Shown here: positions 1-7,684 of the stretch, in pieces
Numbering within the stretch: position 1 is the stretch's first letter
Layout of the letters: every line of letters starts with the position of its first letter
Source: Desulfurella sp.
GTDB taxonomy: Bacteria > Campylobacterota_A > Desulfurellia > Desulfurellales > Desulfurellaceae
DNA: 19,427 nucleotides
Direction: 5' to 3'
Assembly: GCA_031960885.1 (NCBI GenBank)
Contig: JAVRLY010000025.1
Span: forward strand, 1-19,427
The notes under the pieces: model-generated
Told to the model about the DNA's origin: nothing
What the model saw: only the letters and a program-made list of their open reading frames with translations
The model's database searches: none
Position numbers and translations under genes: made by a program

Positions 1-70
1 ATTGGGTTATAATAGTTGATTATCATTTACGAAGATATTTGCCAATTAAATTAGACATTAAATGATCAAT

Positions 71-92
71 AAAATTTGTCCAAAATTTGTCC
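71..92. repeat. Perfect 11-bp tandem direct repeat (AAAATTTGTCC x2)
   Basis: AAAATTTGTCC at 71-81 and 82-92, about 70 bp beyond the 3' end of the tRNA. Confidence 0.9.
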
Positions 93-161
93 ATAGAAAA
101 AAAATAATGAAAAATTCAATCGGCGGTGACTACCATAATTGGCGTCAATACAGCAAAAAAA

Positions 162-237
162 TGGTGCCGAGACGTGGAATCGAACCACGGACACAGGGAT
201 TTTCAGTCCCTTGCTCTACCGACTGAGCTATCTCGGC
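162..237 (-). tRNA. tRNA-Phe (anticodon GAA), 76 nt, CCA encoded
   Basis: Reverse complement GCCGAGATAGCTCAGTCGGTAGAGCAAGGGACTGAAAATCCCTGTGTCCGTGGTTCGATTCCACGTCTCGGCACCA. Acceptor stem GCCGAGA/TCTCGGC, D arm GCTC/GAGC, anticodon arm AGGGA-CTGAAAA-TCCCT, T arm CGTGG-TTCGATT-CCACG. Confidence 0.98.
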
Positions 238-248
238 ACTCGAATACT

Positions 249-276
249 AGTATAAAAAAAAATGTTTGATTGTCAA
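249..276 (-). promoter_or_regulatory. Sigma70-type promoter of tRNA-Phe
   Basis: Minus strand TTGACA (276-271), 16-nt spacer, TATACT (254-249), ending 11 nt upstream of the mature tRNA 5' end. A 16-bp spacer is typical of stable-RNA promoters. Confidence 0.85.
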
Positions 277-291
277 CTGTAAAATCTCATT

Positions 292-1065
292 TTATCTTTT
301 TTTAAAATTTGGTTGTCTTTTTTCAATAAATGCATTTACACCTTCAACAGCATCTTGTGTAGCAGCCAAACTTGCAAACAGCTCGCTCATGTAATCAGCA
401 CCCTTGTGATACTCTAAATCACTTAGTCTATATATACCAATTTTGCCTATTTCTAGTGCAAGTGGACTTTTGTTAGCTAGTGTGTTTGCAAGCTCAAGCG
501 TGGCTTCTTCTAATTTTTCATCATCAACAACACGGTTTATTAATCCTAATCTCAAAGCTTCGTCTGCTGAAATGATTTCGCCAGTTAAAACCATCTCTAA
601 GGCTTTTTTTCTACCAACTAAGCGCGACAGAGGAACAGCTGGTCCAAGACAGATTAATCCCACATTAATGGCTGTTGTACCAAATTTTGCACTTTTTGCG
701 GCAACTGCTAAATCACATGCAAAAACAAGTCCGGCACCGTTTGCTAGTGCATATCCATGAACCTGAGCGATTACAGGCTTTTTCATATTTGCTATGGTGT
801 GATTGTGTTCATCCATAAGCTTGATAAATTCTCTATATTCTTTATGTGTTCGACCTTTTCTGAACTCTTCAAGCTCTATACCAACGGAAAAGTTTTTGCC
901 ATTTGCCTTTATAATAACTACCATTACTTCATCATCTTTATCAAAATCCATAAGGGCATCATTTAGCTTTCTTGCAAATGGCACATTAAATGTGTTCCAA
1001 CTTTGTGGCCTATTTAGTGTAATAAAACCAATTTTACCTTCTTTTGATGTTAAAATTTCATCCAT
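292..1065 (-). CDS. Enoyl-CoA hydratase/isomerase (crotonase) superfamily protein, ECHDC3-like, non-canonical active site
   Basis: 257 aa with ITLNRP, FSVGIEL, KPVIAQVHGYALANGAGLVFACD, FGTTAINVGLIC, ALEMVLTGEIISADEALRLGLINRVV and C-terminal AFIEKRQPNF. AAGGAGG SD lies in the 12-nt gap after fdsA. Confidence 0.92.
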   Translation of the reverse strand: MDEILTSKEGKIGFITLNRPQSWNTFNVPFARKLNDALMDFDKDDEVMVVIIKANGKNFSVGIELEEFRKGRTHKEYREFIKLMDEHNHTIANMKKPVIAQVHGYALANGAGLVFACDLAVAAKSAKFGTTAINVGLICLGPAVPLSRLVGRKKALEMVLTGEIISADEALRLGLINRVVDDEKLEEATLELANTLANKSPLALEIGKIGIYRLSDLEYHKGADYMSELFASLAATQDAVEGVNAFIEKRQPNFKKR

Positions 1066-1077
1066 TTTAATTCCTCC

Positions 1078-3984
1078 TTAAATTTCTCTTATTATTCTAT
1101 TCATTTTTTCGTCATTAACAATGACAGATTTTATTTCATTTATTCTGCTTTCATCCCAATTTTTTCTAATATGATTAACTATTAGATTTAACCTTAAATC
1201 GGTTGGGTATTTTTCGAAAAATAAGTAAATTCTATTAAACTGCTCTAAAATTGATACAGGTTTAGCTTCTTTTAACTCATAAATCTCATCATTTGATTTT
1301 TTTATTTTTACACGAGTAAATTTGTACTCTGGCGTGTCAACAGCCCAATCTGTGTTTTCTGTTAATAGTGCGTTAGTTTTAGGATGTATAAAGTGAAATG
1401 TTGTATATAAAACACCAGGTTTTATTTTGTCGGTGATTTTAGCTTTTAATGTAACTTTTGCATTTTCGCTTTCTACCTCTACAAGGTCATTTTCATGAAT
1501 ATCGAATTTTGATGCATCTTGAGGATTGATTTCCAAATAATCAGAATTATAAAATACGTTATTTTTAGTTCTGCGTGTTTGGTTGCTAGAATTATAGTGA
1601 AATAAGTTTCTTCCTGTTGTCAAAATATATGGATACTCGTCAAAGACGGGATTTGGAATGTAATTAGTAATAAAGAACTTTCCTTTTTTATTCAAAAACT
1701 CATCTTTGTGCAATATTTTAGTTCCATTTTCATTATCTTTGTCAACTGGCCACAAAAGTGAACCGTATTTTTCTAATTTTTGATAAGTTAAGGTACTGAT
1801 TTGAGGACTTAAAGCTGTAATTTCGTTAAAAATTTCTTCTTCGCTATTATAATCCATTGTATAGCCAAGCTTGCTTGATAGTTTTGTTATAATTTTGTAC
1901 TCATCTATACCGCTTAATGGTTGGATAACTTTGTTTACTTTTGATATACGTCTTTCCCAATTTGTAAACGTACCGTTTTTTTCTAAAAATGACGAACCTG
2001 GCAATACTACATGGGCAAAATGAGTTGTCGGACTAAGGAAAAGTTCTTGAACAACAAGAAATTCAAGCGATTCTAGTGCTTTTTGAATATGGTACGTATT
2101 TGGGTCAGTTTGAAATACATCTTCTCCTACGATATACATACCTTTTAGCTTTCCATTAATAGCAGAGCGAAACATTTGCGGTATAGTTAGACCTACATGC
2201 GTATCTAATTTTTTTTGCCACATACTTTCAAATGCTTTGCGCGTATTTTCATCGCTTATATGTCTGTAGAATGTGAATACATTTGGGAAAGCGCCCATAT
2301 CTGAAGCACCTTGAACATTATTTTGCCCTCTAAGTGGGGAAACTCCGCAGCCTTCTTTTCCAACAAAGCCGCAAAGCATTGCTAAATTGGTTAGACAAAA
2401 AACACCGCTTGAACCATAGGAATGCTCTGTAACGCCAAGACCGTATACTATCGTAGACTTTTTTGAAGTTGCAAATTCTATAGCTGCCTTTTCTATTAAG
2501 TGTTGGTCTACTCCAGCTATTTTTGATACATGAGTGGGGCTATTTTCATCGTCTAATATAAAATCAAGCCATAATTTAAATGATTCTATGTCGCATCGAC
2601 TTTCAATAAAGTCTTTGTCATAGAGTTTTTCTTTTACGATAACATGAGCTATTGAGTTTAATAGAGCAACATTCGTGCCTGGTTTTAGCTGTAAATGAAG
2701 CGATTGTATATTTGGTTGTTTTGCTAAATCAATAGCTCTTGGATCAATAACAATAATTTTTTTACCCATAATTGCAAGTTGTTTTATAAGTGATCCAACA
2801 ACTGGGTGAGCATGCGTCGTATTGGAGCCTACTATCATTATGCAATCGGCTTTTTTGAGTGATTCAATGTCTGCTGTGCCTGCACCTGTTCCAAATGCAT
2901 TGCCAAGCGCAAAGCCCGTTGGCATATGGCATACACGCGCGCAATTGTCAATATTATTATTTTCAAAAGCGCAGCGTACAAGTTTTTGTACCAAATAAAC
3001 CTCTTCATTTGTACATCTAGAAGATGCCAAGCCAGCAAGAGCATATTTTGAATACTTTTCTTTTATTTGTAAAAATTTATTTACAGCAAAATCCAATGCT
3101 TCTTCTATTGAAACCTCTTTAAATTCGTCCGTTATTTTTTCCCTAATAAGTGCTTTTTTAATGCGGTCGTTTGAGTTTACAAATTCCCATGCAAATCTTC
3201 CTTTTACACACAAATGGCCTTGATTTGGACCGTTATCATCACCAACTATATTTACAATTGTATTTGCTTTGGATTCAACTATAACATGACAACCAACACC
3301 ACAAAAACCACAGGTTGTTTTTGTAAAAGTATTTCCTGACCCCATCGTAATTACGTTTTTTTCAATTAAGGCACCAGTAGGGCAAGCCTTTATACACGTA
3401 CCACATGATACACATTCTGAATTTATAAAATCGCTAAGCCCTGGATTAATATAAGATTCATAGCCCCTTGCTAATATAGTTAGTGCAAAATTTCCTTGAA
3501 TTTCTTCGCACGCTCTTACGCAACGCGCACACAAAATACATTTTGATGAATCAAACTCAAAGTAGGGGTTTGAATAGTCTTTAATATTTTTTATTTGTGT
3601 TTTGGTATCGTATCTAACTTGTCTTATGCCAACTAAACTAGCAGCTTCTTGAAGTTCGCATCTTAAATTATTTGCACATGTAGTACAATCAAAATTATGT
3701 TCGCTTAAGTAAAGCTCTACAATATTGCGCCTAATTTTATTAATCTCATCTGAATAAGTGCGAATAACCATACCTTCTTGCACGACAGTTGTGCAACTTG
3801 TAAAAAAACCCTTTTTCCCTTCAATTTCAACTATGCACAATCTGCATGAACCGTATGGTTTTAGATGCTCGAATGCGCACAGCGTAGGTATTTTAATGCC
3901 AGCATTTTTTGCCGCTTCCAAGATTGTTTGGCCCAGTTGCGCTTTTACTGGTTTGTCGTCGATAATTACGTTAATTGTATTCAC
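1078..3984 (-). CDS. fdsA: NAD-dependent Mo/W-bisPGD formate dehydrogenase alpha subunit (Cys-type), with a probable C-terminal FdsD-like extension
   Basis: 968 aa, GTG start. N-terminal 2Fe-2S (IPTLC..GSCRLC..TSC), His-ligated 4Fe-4S (HNFDCTTCANNLRC), two ferredoxin motifs (CILCARCVRAC, CVSCGTCIKACP), TCGFCGVGC..LCVKGRF, active-site DNCARVCH and PLRGQNNVQG, LTTGR and PEYK. No Tat signal. Confidence 0.93.
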   Translation of the reverse strand: MNTINVIIDDKPVKAQLGQTILEAAKNAGIKIPTLCAFEHLKPYGSCRLCIVEIEGKKGFFTSCTTVVQEGMVIRTYSDEINKIRRNIVELYLSEHNFDCTTCANNLRCELQEAASLVGIRQVRYDTKTQIKNIKDYSNPYFEFDSSKCILCARCVRACEEIQGNFALTILARGYESYINPGLSDFINSECVSCGTCIKACPTGALIEKNVITMGSGNTFTKTTCGFCGVGCHVIVESKANTIVNIVGDDNGPNQGHLCVKGRFAWEFVNSNDRIKKALIREKITDEFKEVSIEEALDFAVNKFLQIKEKYSKYALAGLASSRCTNEEVYLVQKLVRCAFENNNIDNCARVCHMPTGFALGNAFGTGAGTADIESLKKADCIMIVGSNTTHAHPVVGSLIKQLAIMGKKIIVIDPRAIDLAKQPNIQSLHLQLKPGTNVALLNSIAHVIVKEKLYDKDFIESRCDIESFKLWLDFILDDENSPTHVSKIAGVDQHLIEKAAIEFATSKKSTIVYGLGVTEHSYGSSGVFCLTNLAMLCGFVGKEGCGVSPLRGQNNVQGASDMGAFPNVFTFYRHISDENTRKAFESMWQKKLDTHVGLTIPQMFRSAINGKLKGMYIVGEDVFQTDPNTYHIQKALESLEFLVVQELFLSPTTHFAHVVLPGSSFLEKNGTFTNWERRISKVNKVIQPLSGIDEYKIITKLSSKLGYTMDYNSEEEIFNEITALSPQISTLTYQKLEKYGSLLWPVDKDNENGTKILHKDEFLNKKGKFFITNYIPNPVFDEYPYILTTGRNLFHYNSSNQTRRTKNNVFYNSDYLEINPQDASKFDIHENDLVEVESENAKVTLKAKITDKIKPGVLYTTFHFIHPKTNALLTENTDWAVDTPEYKFTRVKIKKSNDEIYELKEAKPVSILEQFNRIYLFFEKYPTDLRLNLIVNHIRKNWDESRINEIKSVIVNDEKMNRIIREI

Positions 3985-3985
3985 A

Positions 3986-5449
3986 CTAGCCCCCTATACC
4001 AAAGTCATCATTGAAATACTTCAAAGCGCTTAAAACGCTTGCATGTGTTAACCCACCAAGCCCGCAAAGAGAAGCTTCTTTCATTGTTTCTAAAAGCTCA
4101 TTCAATAAACTCAATTTTGATGATGTATTATGCGCTAAATCAGATAAAATTTCTTTTAGTCTTACTTGACCAATTCTACATGGTGTGCATTTGCCACAGG
4201 ATTCATGTATATAAAAATCAACAAGATTAAGCAAAATATCTTTCATAGTAGTATATTTGTCAAACACTACAATGCTGCCATGACCTAATATAAAGCCTTC
4301 TTTATTAAGCTCATTATTGTTTATTTTAAGGTAAAACTTGTCTTTTGGCACAAATGCACCCAACGGTCCGCCAATTTGCACAGCTTTAACATCATCGATG
4401 TTTGTTCCACCAAAATCACTTACCAATTCCTCAATCGTTACGCTGTTATCAATAACTTCAAACAGTCCGCTCCTTTGGCAAGCGCCACTTAGTTGGACTG
4501 GGATTGTAGGTTTATCTCTTGAGCCTTCAAATAATCTTACAATATCTACAAAAGTTAAGACATTTAAAAGCAATGTTGGTTTATTGAACAGACCACTTAC
4601 AGCAGGCACAGGTGGGCGAGGGCGAACAAGTGCTTTTTTATTTTCTAAACTTTCAATTAATGCAGTTTCTTCGCCACAAACGTAGGCTCCAGCGCCTACT
4701 ACAACTTCTAAATCAAAATTATAACCATCATTTTTACCTAGATAATTGTTTTTATACGCTATTTCAATTGCCTTTTCCAAGATATTTTTGGCATTTTTAT
4801 ATTCAGACCTTAAATAAATATAACCAATTTTAGAACCAACTGTAATTCCAGCAATAATCATACCTTCAATGAGGCTAAATGGATCGTTTTCAATAATTAG
4901 TCTATCTGCAAATGACCCAGAATCGCCTTCGTCTGCATTGCAAATAATGTACTTTTTTTCAGATGCTTCATTATAAACAGTTTGCCATTTTATAAAGGTT
5001 GGAAAATATGCACCGCCTCTGCCTCGAATATCGGCTGCTTTTATTTTGTCTATTACTTCTTGTGGGGATAGATTCAAAACAGATTTTAAAGCCTTAAATC
5101 CACCTAATTTGGTATAATCATCAATGCTCAAAGGATTGTTTTTGCCCAAATTTTTGAAAATTACTCTGTGCTGATTTTTTAAATATGGTAATTCTTCAAC
5201 ATTTCCTAAATATTTTTTACTAGTTTGCAGGTTTTTTAAAATGTCATCAATATCATCTTTTTCTACATTGCCAAAAGCCATTGTTTTATTGGTTTGTTCT
5301 ATTTCTAAAAGCGGCTCAAGCCACATCAGACCTCTTGTTGAATACGTGCGAGTGTTTAATTGCTCTGATTCAATGTTTTTAAGTTTATTGTAAATTTCTA
5401 ATGAGCCAACCGATGAAGGTGTAGTGTCAAGCGATATGTAAATATTCAT
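3986..5449 (-). CDS. fdsB: NAD-dependent formate dehydrogenase beta subunit (NuoF-like FMN/NADH-binding diaphorase)
   Basis: RGRGGAYFPT..KW, CNADEGDSG, GAGAYVCGEETALIESLE, ESCGKCTPCRIG..CGLG. The FdsB-type N-terminal segment RGLMWLEPLLEI is present. Lies between fdsG and fdsA. Confidence 0.9.
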   Translation of the reverse strand: MNIYISLDTTPSSVGSLEIYNKLKNIESEQLNTRTYSTRGLMWLEPLLEIEQTNKTMAFGNVEKDDIDDILKNLQTSKKYLGNVEELPYLKNQHRVIFKNLGKNNPLSIDDYTKLGGFKALKSVLNLSPQEVIDKIKAADIRGRGGAYFPTFIKWQTVYNEASEKKYIICNADEGDSGSFADRLIIENDPFSLIEGMIIAGITVGSKIGYIYLRSEYKNAKNILEKAIEIAYKNNYLGKNDGYNFDLEVVVGAGAYVCGEETALIESLENKKALVRPRPPVPAVSGLFNKPTLLLNVLTFVDIVRLFEGSRDKPTIPVQLSGACQRSGLFEVIDNSVTIEELVSDFGGTNIDDVKAVQIGGPLGAFVPKDKFYLKINNNELNKEGFILGHGSIVVFDKYTTMKDILLNLVDFYIHESCGKCTPCRIGQVRLKEILSDLAHNTSSKLSLLNELLETMKEASLCGLGGLTHASVLSALKYFNDDFGIGG

Positions 5450-5886
5450 ACTAATTCCTTTAATTGATTTAATAGCTTATCAAATTTTTCAATATTCATA
5501 TCGCCATATACAACGCCATCAACCATAATAGATGGAGAACGTGGACAATTACCCAAACAATAAACACTATCTAAAAAGAAATCTTGATTAAACTCACCTA
5601 TGTTTATATTTAGCTTATTTTTGATATAATCTGTTAATGTTTTAACATTTTTTGCTTGACAACTTTCTGCTTGACAAACGCGTATATGGTGTTTTGCGTT
5701 TGTTGGTTGTATGCGAAAATCTTTGTAAAAAGTTATAAAACCATACAATTGTGCATATGATAAATTAAAAGATTTACACAAATCATTGATAGCTTCTTGC
5801 GGTATATAGCCTAAATTATCTTGAATAGAATGCAAGATATTTAATAATTTACCCGTTTCATCTGAGTTTAATTGAGATTGTGACAT
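5446..5886 (-). CDS. fdsG: NAD-dependent formate dehydrogenase gamma subunit (NuoE-like 2Fe-2S)
   Basis: LHSIQDNLGYIP, ITFYKDF, VCQAESC...YCLGNC 2Fe-2S ligands. AGGAGG SD at 5899-5894. 4-nt overlap with fdsB. Confidence 0.9.
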   Translation of the reverse strand: MSQSQLNSDETGKLLNILHSIQDNLGYIPQEAINDLCKSFNLSYAQLYGFITFYKDFRIQPTNAKHHIRVCQAESCQAKNVKTLTDYIKNKLNINIGEFNQDFFLDSVYCLGNCPRSPSIMVDGVVYGDMNIEKFDKLLNQLKELV

Positions 5887-5917
5887 AATTAATCCTCCTA
5901 ATTAATATACCCTATTC

Positions 5918-5946
5918 ATTATATAAAATTTAATTGTTAAAGTCAA
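5918..5946 (-). promoter_or_regulatory. Near-consensus sigma70 promoter of the fds operon
   Basis: Minus strand TTGACT (5946-5941), 17-nt spacer, TATAAT (5923-5918), ending 31 nt upstream of the fdsG ATG. Confidence 0.8.
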
Positions 5947-5991
5947 TGTTGAGATTAAATATTAAGAAATAATTAAATAATGGTTATATGC

Positions 5992-6019
5992 TTGATTTAA
6001 GATAGAGTTTACATATTAT
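5992..6019 (+). promoter_or_regulatory. Putative sigma70 promoter of the MFS gene (leaderless geometry)
   Basis: TTGATT (5992-5997), 16 nt, TATTAT (6014-6019), 7 nt, ATG at 6027. No SD visible. Confidence 0.55.
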
Positions 6020-6026
6020 AGATATT

Positions 6027-7172
6027 ATGAGTCTAAAAAGTTTTTTTGTTTTAATGTATGTAACAGTAGTTACAATTGGTGCTATTTATGTTCCACAGCC
6101 ACTACTGCCAGAGATTAGCAGGTATTTTAATCAAAGTATGAATACAGTCTCTTTAATTATAAGTGTTGCGCTTATACCTTTAGCTATCGTTCCTATTATC
6201 TATGGTTATATTTTATCATATTTTGCGCCAAAAAAACTCATACTAGTGTCTTTATTAATTCTTGTTTTTATAAATTTTTTCATATCTGTCTCACAAAATA
6301 TATATTGGGTTATTGTTTTAAGACTATTTGAGGGATTTTTAATATCGGCGGTATTGACTTCAAATATGACTTATATTTCTTTAAGTGCAGAAAGCAACAA
6401 AGTATCACTATATATGTCTTATTATATAGCAACAACCATTATCGGTGGTTTTTCGGGCAGGTTAATTTCAGGCATCATCGCTTATTTTTCATCGTGGCGT
6501 TTTAGTTTTTATTTTGTTACTTTAAGTTTTGTTATAGGCGTATTGTTGGTGTTTTATTTTGTTAGTGATGTTTCTAGCGAAAAGAAAAGCGAAAGCTTGC
6601 TTGCTGGTTATTTGTCTGTAGTAAAAAGCAATTTGTATTTTTTTGTTTATTTGGCTGTATTTTGTATGTTTTTTGTATTTGCTGCAATGACAAATTTTTT
6701 GCCATTTAGAATCGAAAGCATAGATAAGGGAAGCTCTCAAATAACCATTGCACTTGCCTACAGTGGTTACTTAATGGGTATATTTGTGTCTTTTTTTGCA
6801 ACAAAATTTGTCAAAATCTTTGGAAATCAAATCAAAACAATGTTGTTTGGTTTTATAGTATACATTATTGCCACAATAATTTTGGATATTGCAAATATTT
6901 ACGTAATTTTTGTTGGTATGTTTATTTTTTGCGGTGGTATGTTTTTGATTCATTCTGTTGCGAGCGGTTTTTTAAACCAACTAGCCAAAGATAAGAAAGG
7001 AATTGTAAACGGAATATACATAGCTTCATATTACAGCGGAGGCGTGATTGGATCATATGCGCCTGGGTTTGTTTATAAGCAGTTTGGGTGGTATGCATTC
7101 AGTATTGTATTAATTTTGATACTTTTAGTGGGGCTTGTAAGTATTTTTAAGTTTAGGAAAAATACCTATTAA
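6027..7172 (+). CDS. Major facilitator superfamily transporter (YnfM-like), substrate unknown
   Basis: 381 aa with about 12 hydrophobic segments in two halves. IYVPQPLLPEI, LRLFEG, IGGFSGRLISG, SWR, NFLPFR and GIYIASYYSGG motifs resemble YnfM-type MFS proteins. Confidence 0.88.
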   Translation: MSLKSFFVLMYVTVVTIGAIYVPQPLLPEISRYFNQSMNTVSLIISVALIPLAIVPIIYGYILSYFAPKKLILVSLLILVFINFFISVSQNIYWVIVLRLFEGFLISAVLTSNMTYISLSAESNKVSLYMSYYIATTIIGGFSGRLISGIIAYFSSWRFSFYFVTLSFVIGVLLVFYFVSDVSSEKKSESLLAGYLSVVKSNLYFFVYLAVFCMFFVFAAMTNFLPFRIESIDKGSSQITIALAYSGYLMGIFVSFFATKFVKIFGNQIKTMLFGFIVYIIATIILDIANIYVIFVGMFIFCGGMFLIHSVASGFLNQLAKDKKGIVNGIYIASYYSGGVIGSYAPGFVYKQFGWYAFSIVLILILLVGLVSIFKFRKNTY

Positions 7173-7174
7173 TC

Positions 7175-7684
7175 TTATTGGTGTTTTGATTTTAGATACA
7201 GAGTAAATATATTTGCAGCTGTTTTTGGATCCATTTTTGAAATTATTGCACCTGCTTGTCTAGATTGCATGTAGGTTAAAATTTGCGCTGCTGTTTGTGG
7301 ATCCATGTTTGATAATTCTTCGGCTGCTGCACTTGGTTTTGCTTGAGCATAAATAGTGGATAATTTTTGTATTTTTTGACTCACAATATTTGCTTGTAGA
7401 TTTTCTAACTCTTTCTTTGCTTGCTCTATTTGGTCATTTAATGATTTGAGTTGTGTTCTGAGCGAATTTTGACTTTGTTCCAACTGTTTTTTTTGATTTG
7501 CAATATTTATACTTTCAGTTTTAAGTTGAGCTGTTTTTTCATCAATTACTTTTTCCAAAGCTTTTAACTCATTAATTTTTTGGTTAACATCATTTATGTT
7601 TTGGGCAAAGGCTTTAGGTGTTGCGATTATAAAAGATAGTGTTAATATCATTAATAAAATTTTGTTCCTTAAGCTTTTCTTCAT
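7175..7684 (-). CDS. MotE/YlxF/FlbB-like flagellar protein (signal peptide, coiled coil, MgtE-N-like helical repeats)
   Basis: N-terminal basic/hydrophobic signal ending AFA, a long coiled coil, then KLSTIYAQAKPSAAAEELSNMDPQTAAQILTYMQSRQAGAIISKMDPKTAA. Located right after fliJ, where ylxF/motE-like genes commonly sit. Confidence 0.7.
   Translation of the reverse strand: MKKSLRNKILLMILTLSFIIATPKAFAQNINDVNQKINELKALEKVIDEKTAQLKTESINIANQKKQLEQSQNSLRTQLKSLNDQIEQAKKELENLQANIVSQKIQKLSTIYAQAKPSAAAEELSNMDPQTAAQILTYMQSRQAGAIISKMDPKTAANIFTLYLKSKHQ

Noticed and set aside
127..147. Hairpin TGAC-T-ACCA-TAAT-TGGC-GTCA downstream of the tRNA as an intrinsic terminator
   Set aside because: The stem is bulged and weak and has no adjacent U-tract in the tRNA direction.
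2900..2960. Possible selenocysteine/SECIS in fdsA
   Set aside because: The ligand codon in RVCH is TGC (Cys) and there is no in-frame TGA.
1078..5886. Interpretation as complex I NuoEFG or an [FeFe]-hydrogenase HydABC
   Set aside because: The large subunit has FDH active-site motifs (RVCH, RGQNNVQG), no H-cluster motifs, and no membrane nuo genes are adjacent.
5886..5906. TAATTAAT repeats flanking the fdsG SD as an RNA thermometer or operator
   Set aside because: AU-only pairing with the SD in the loop; expected by chance in this AT-rich sequence.
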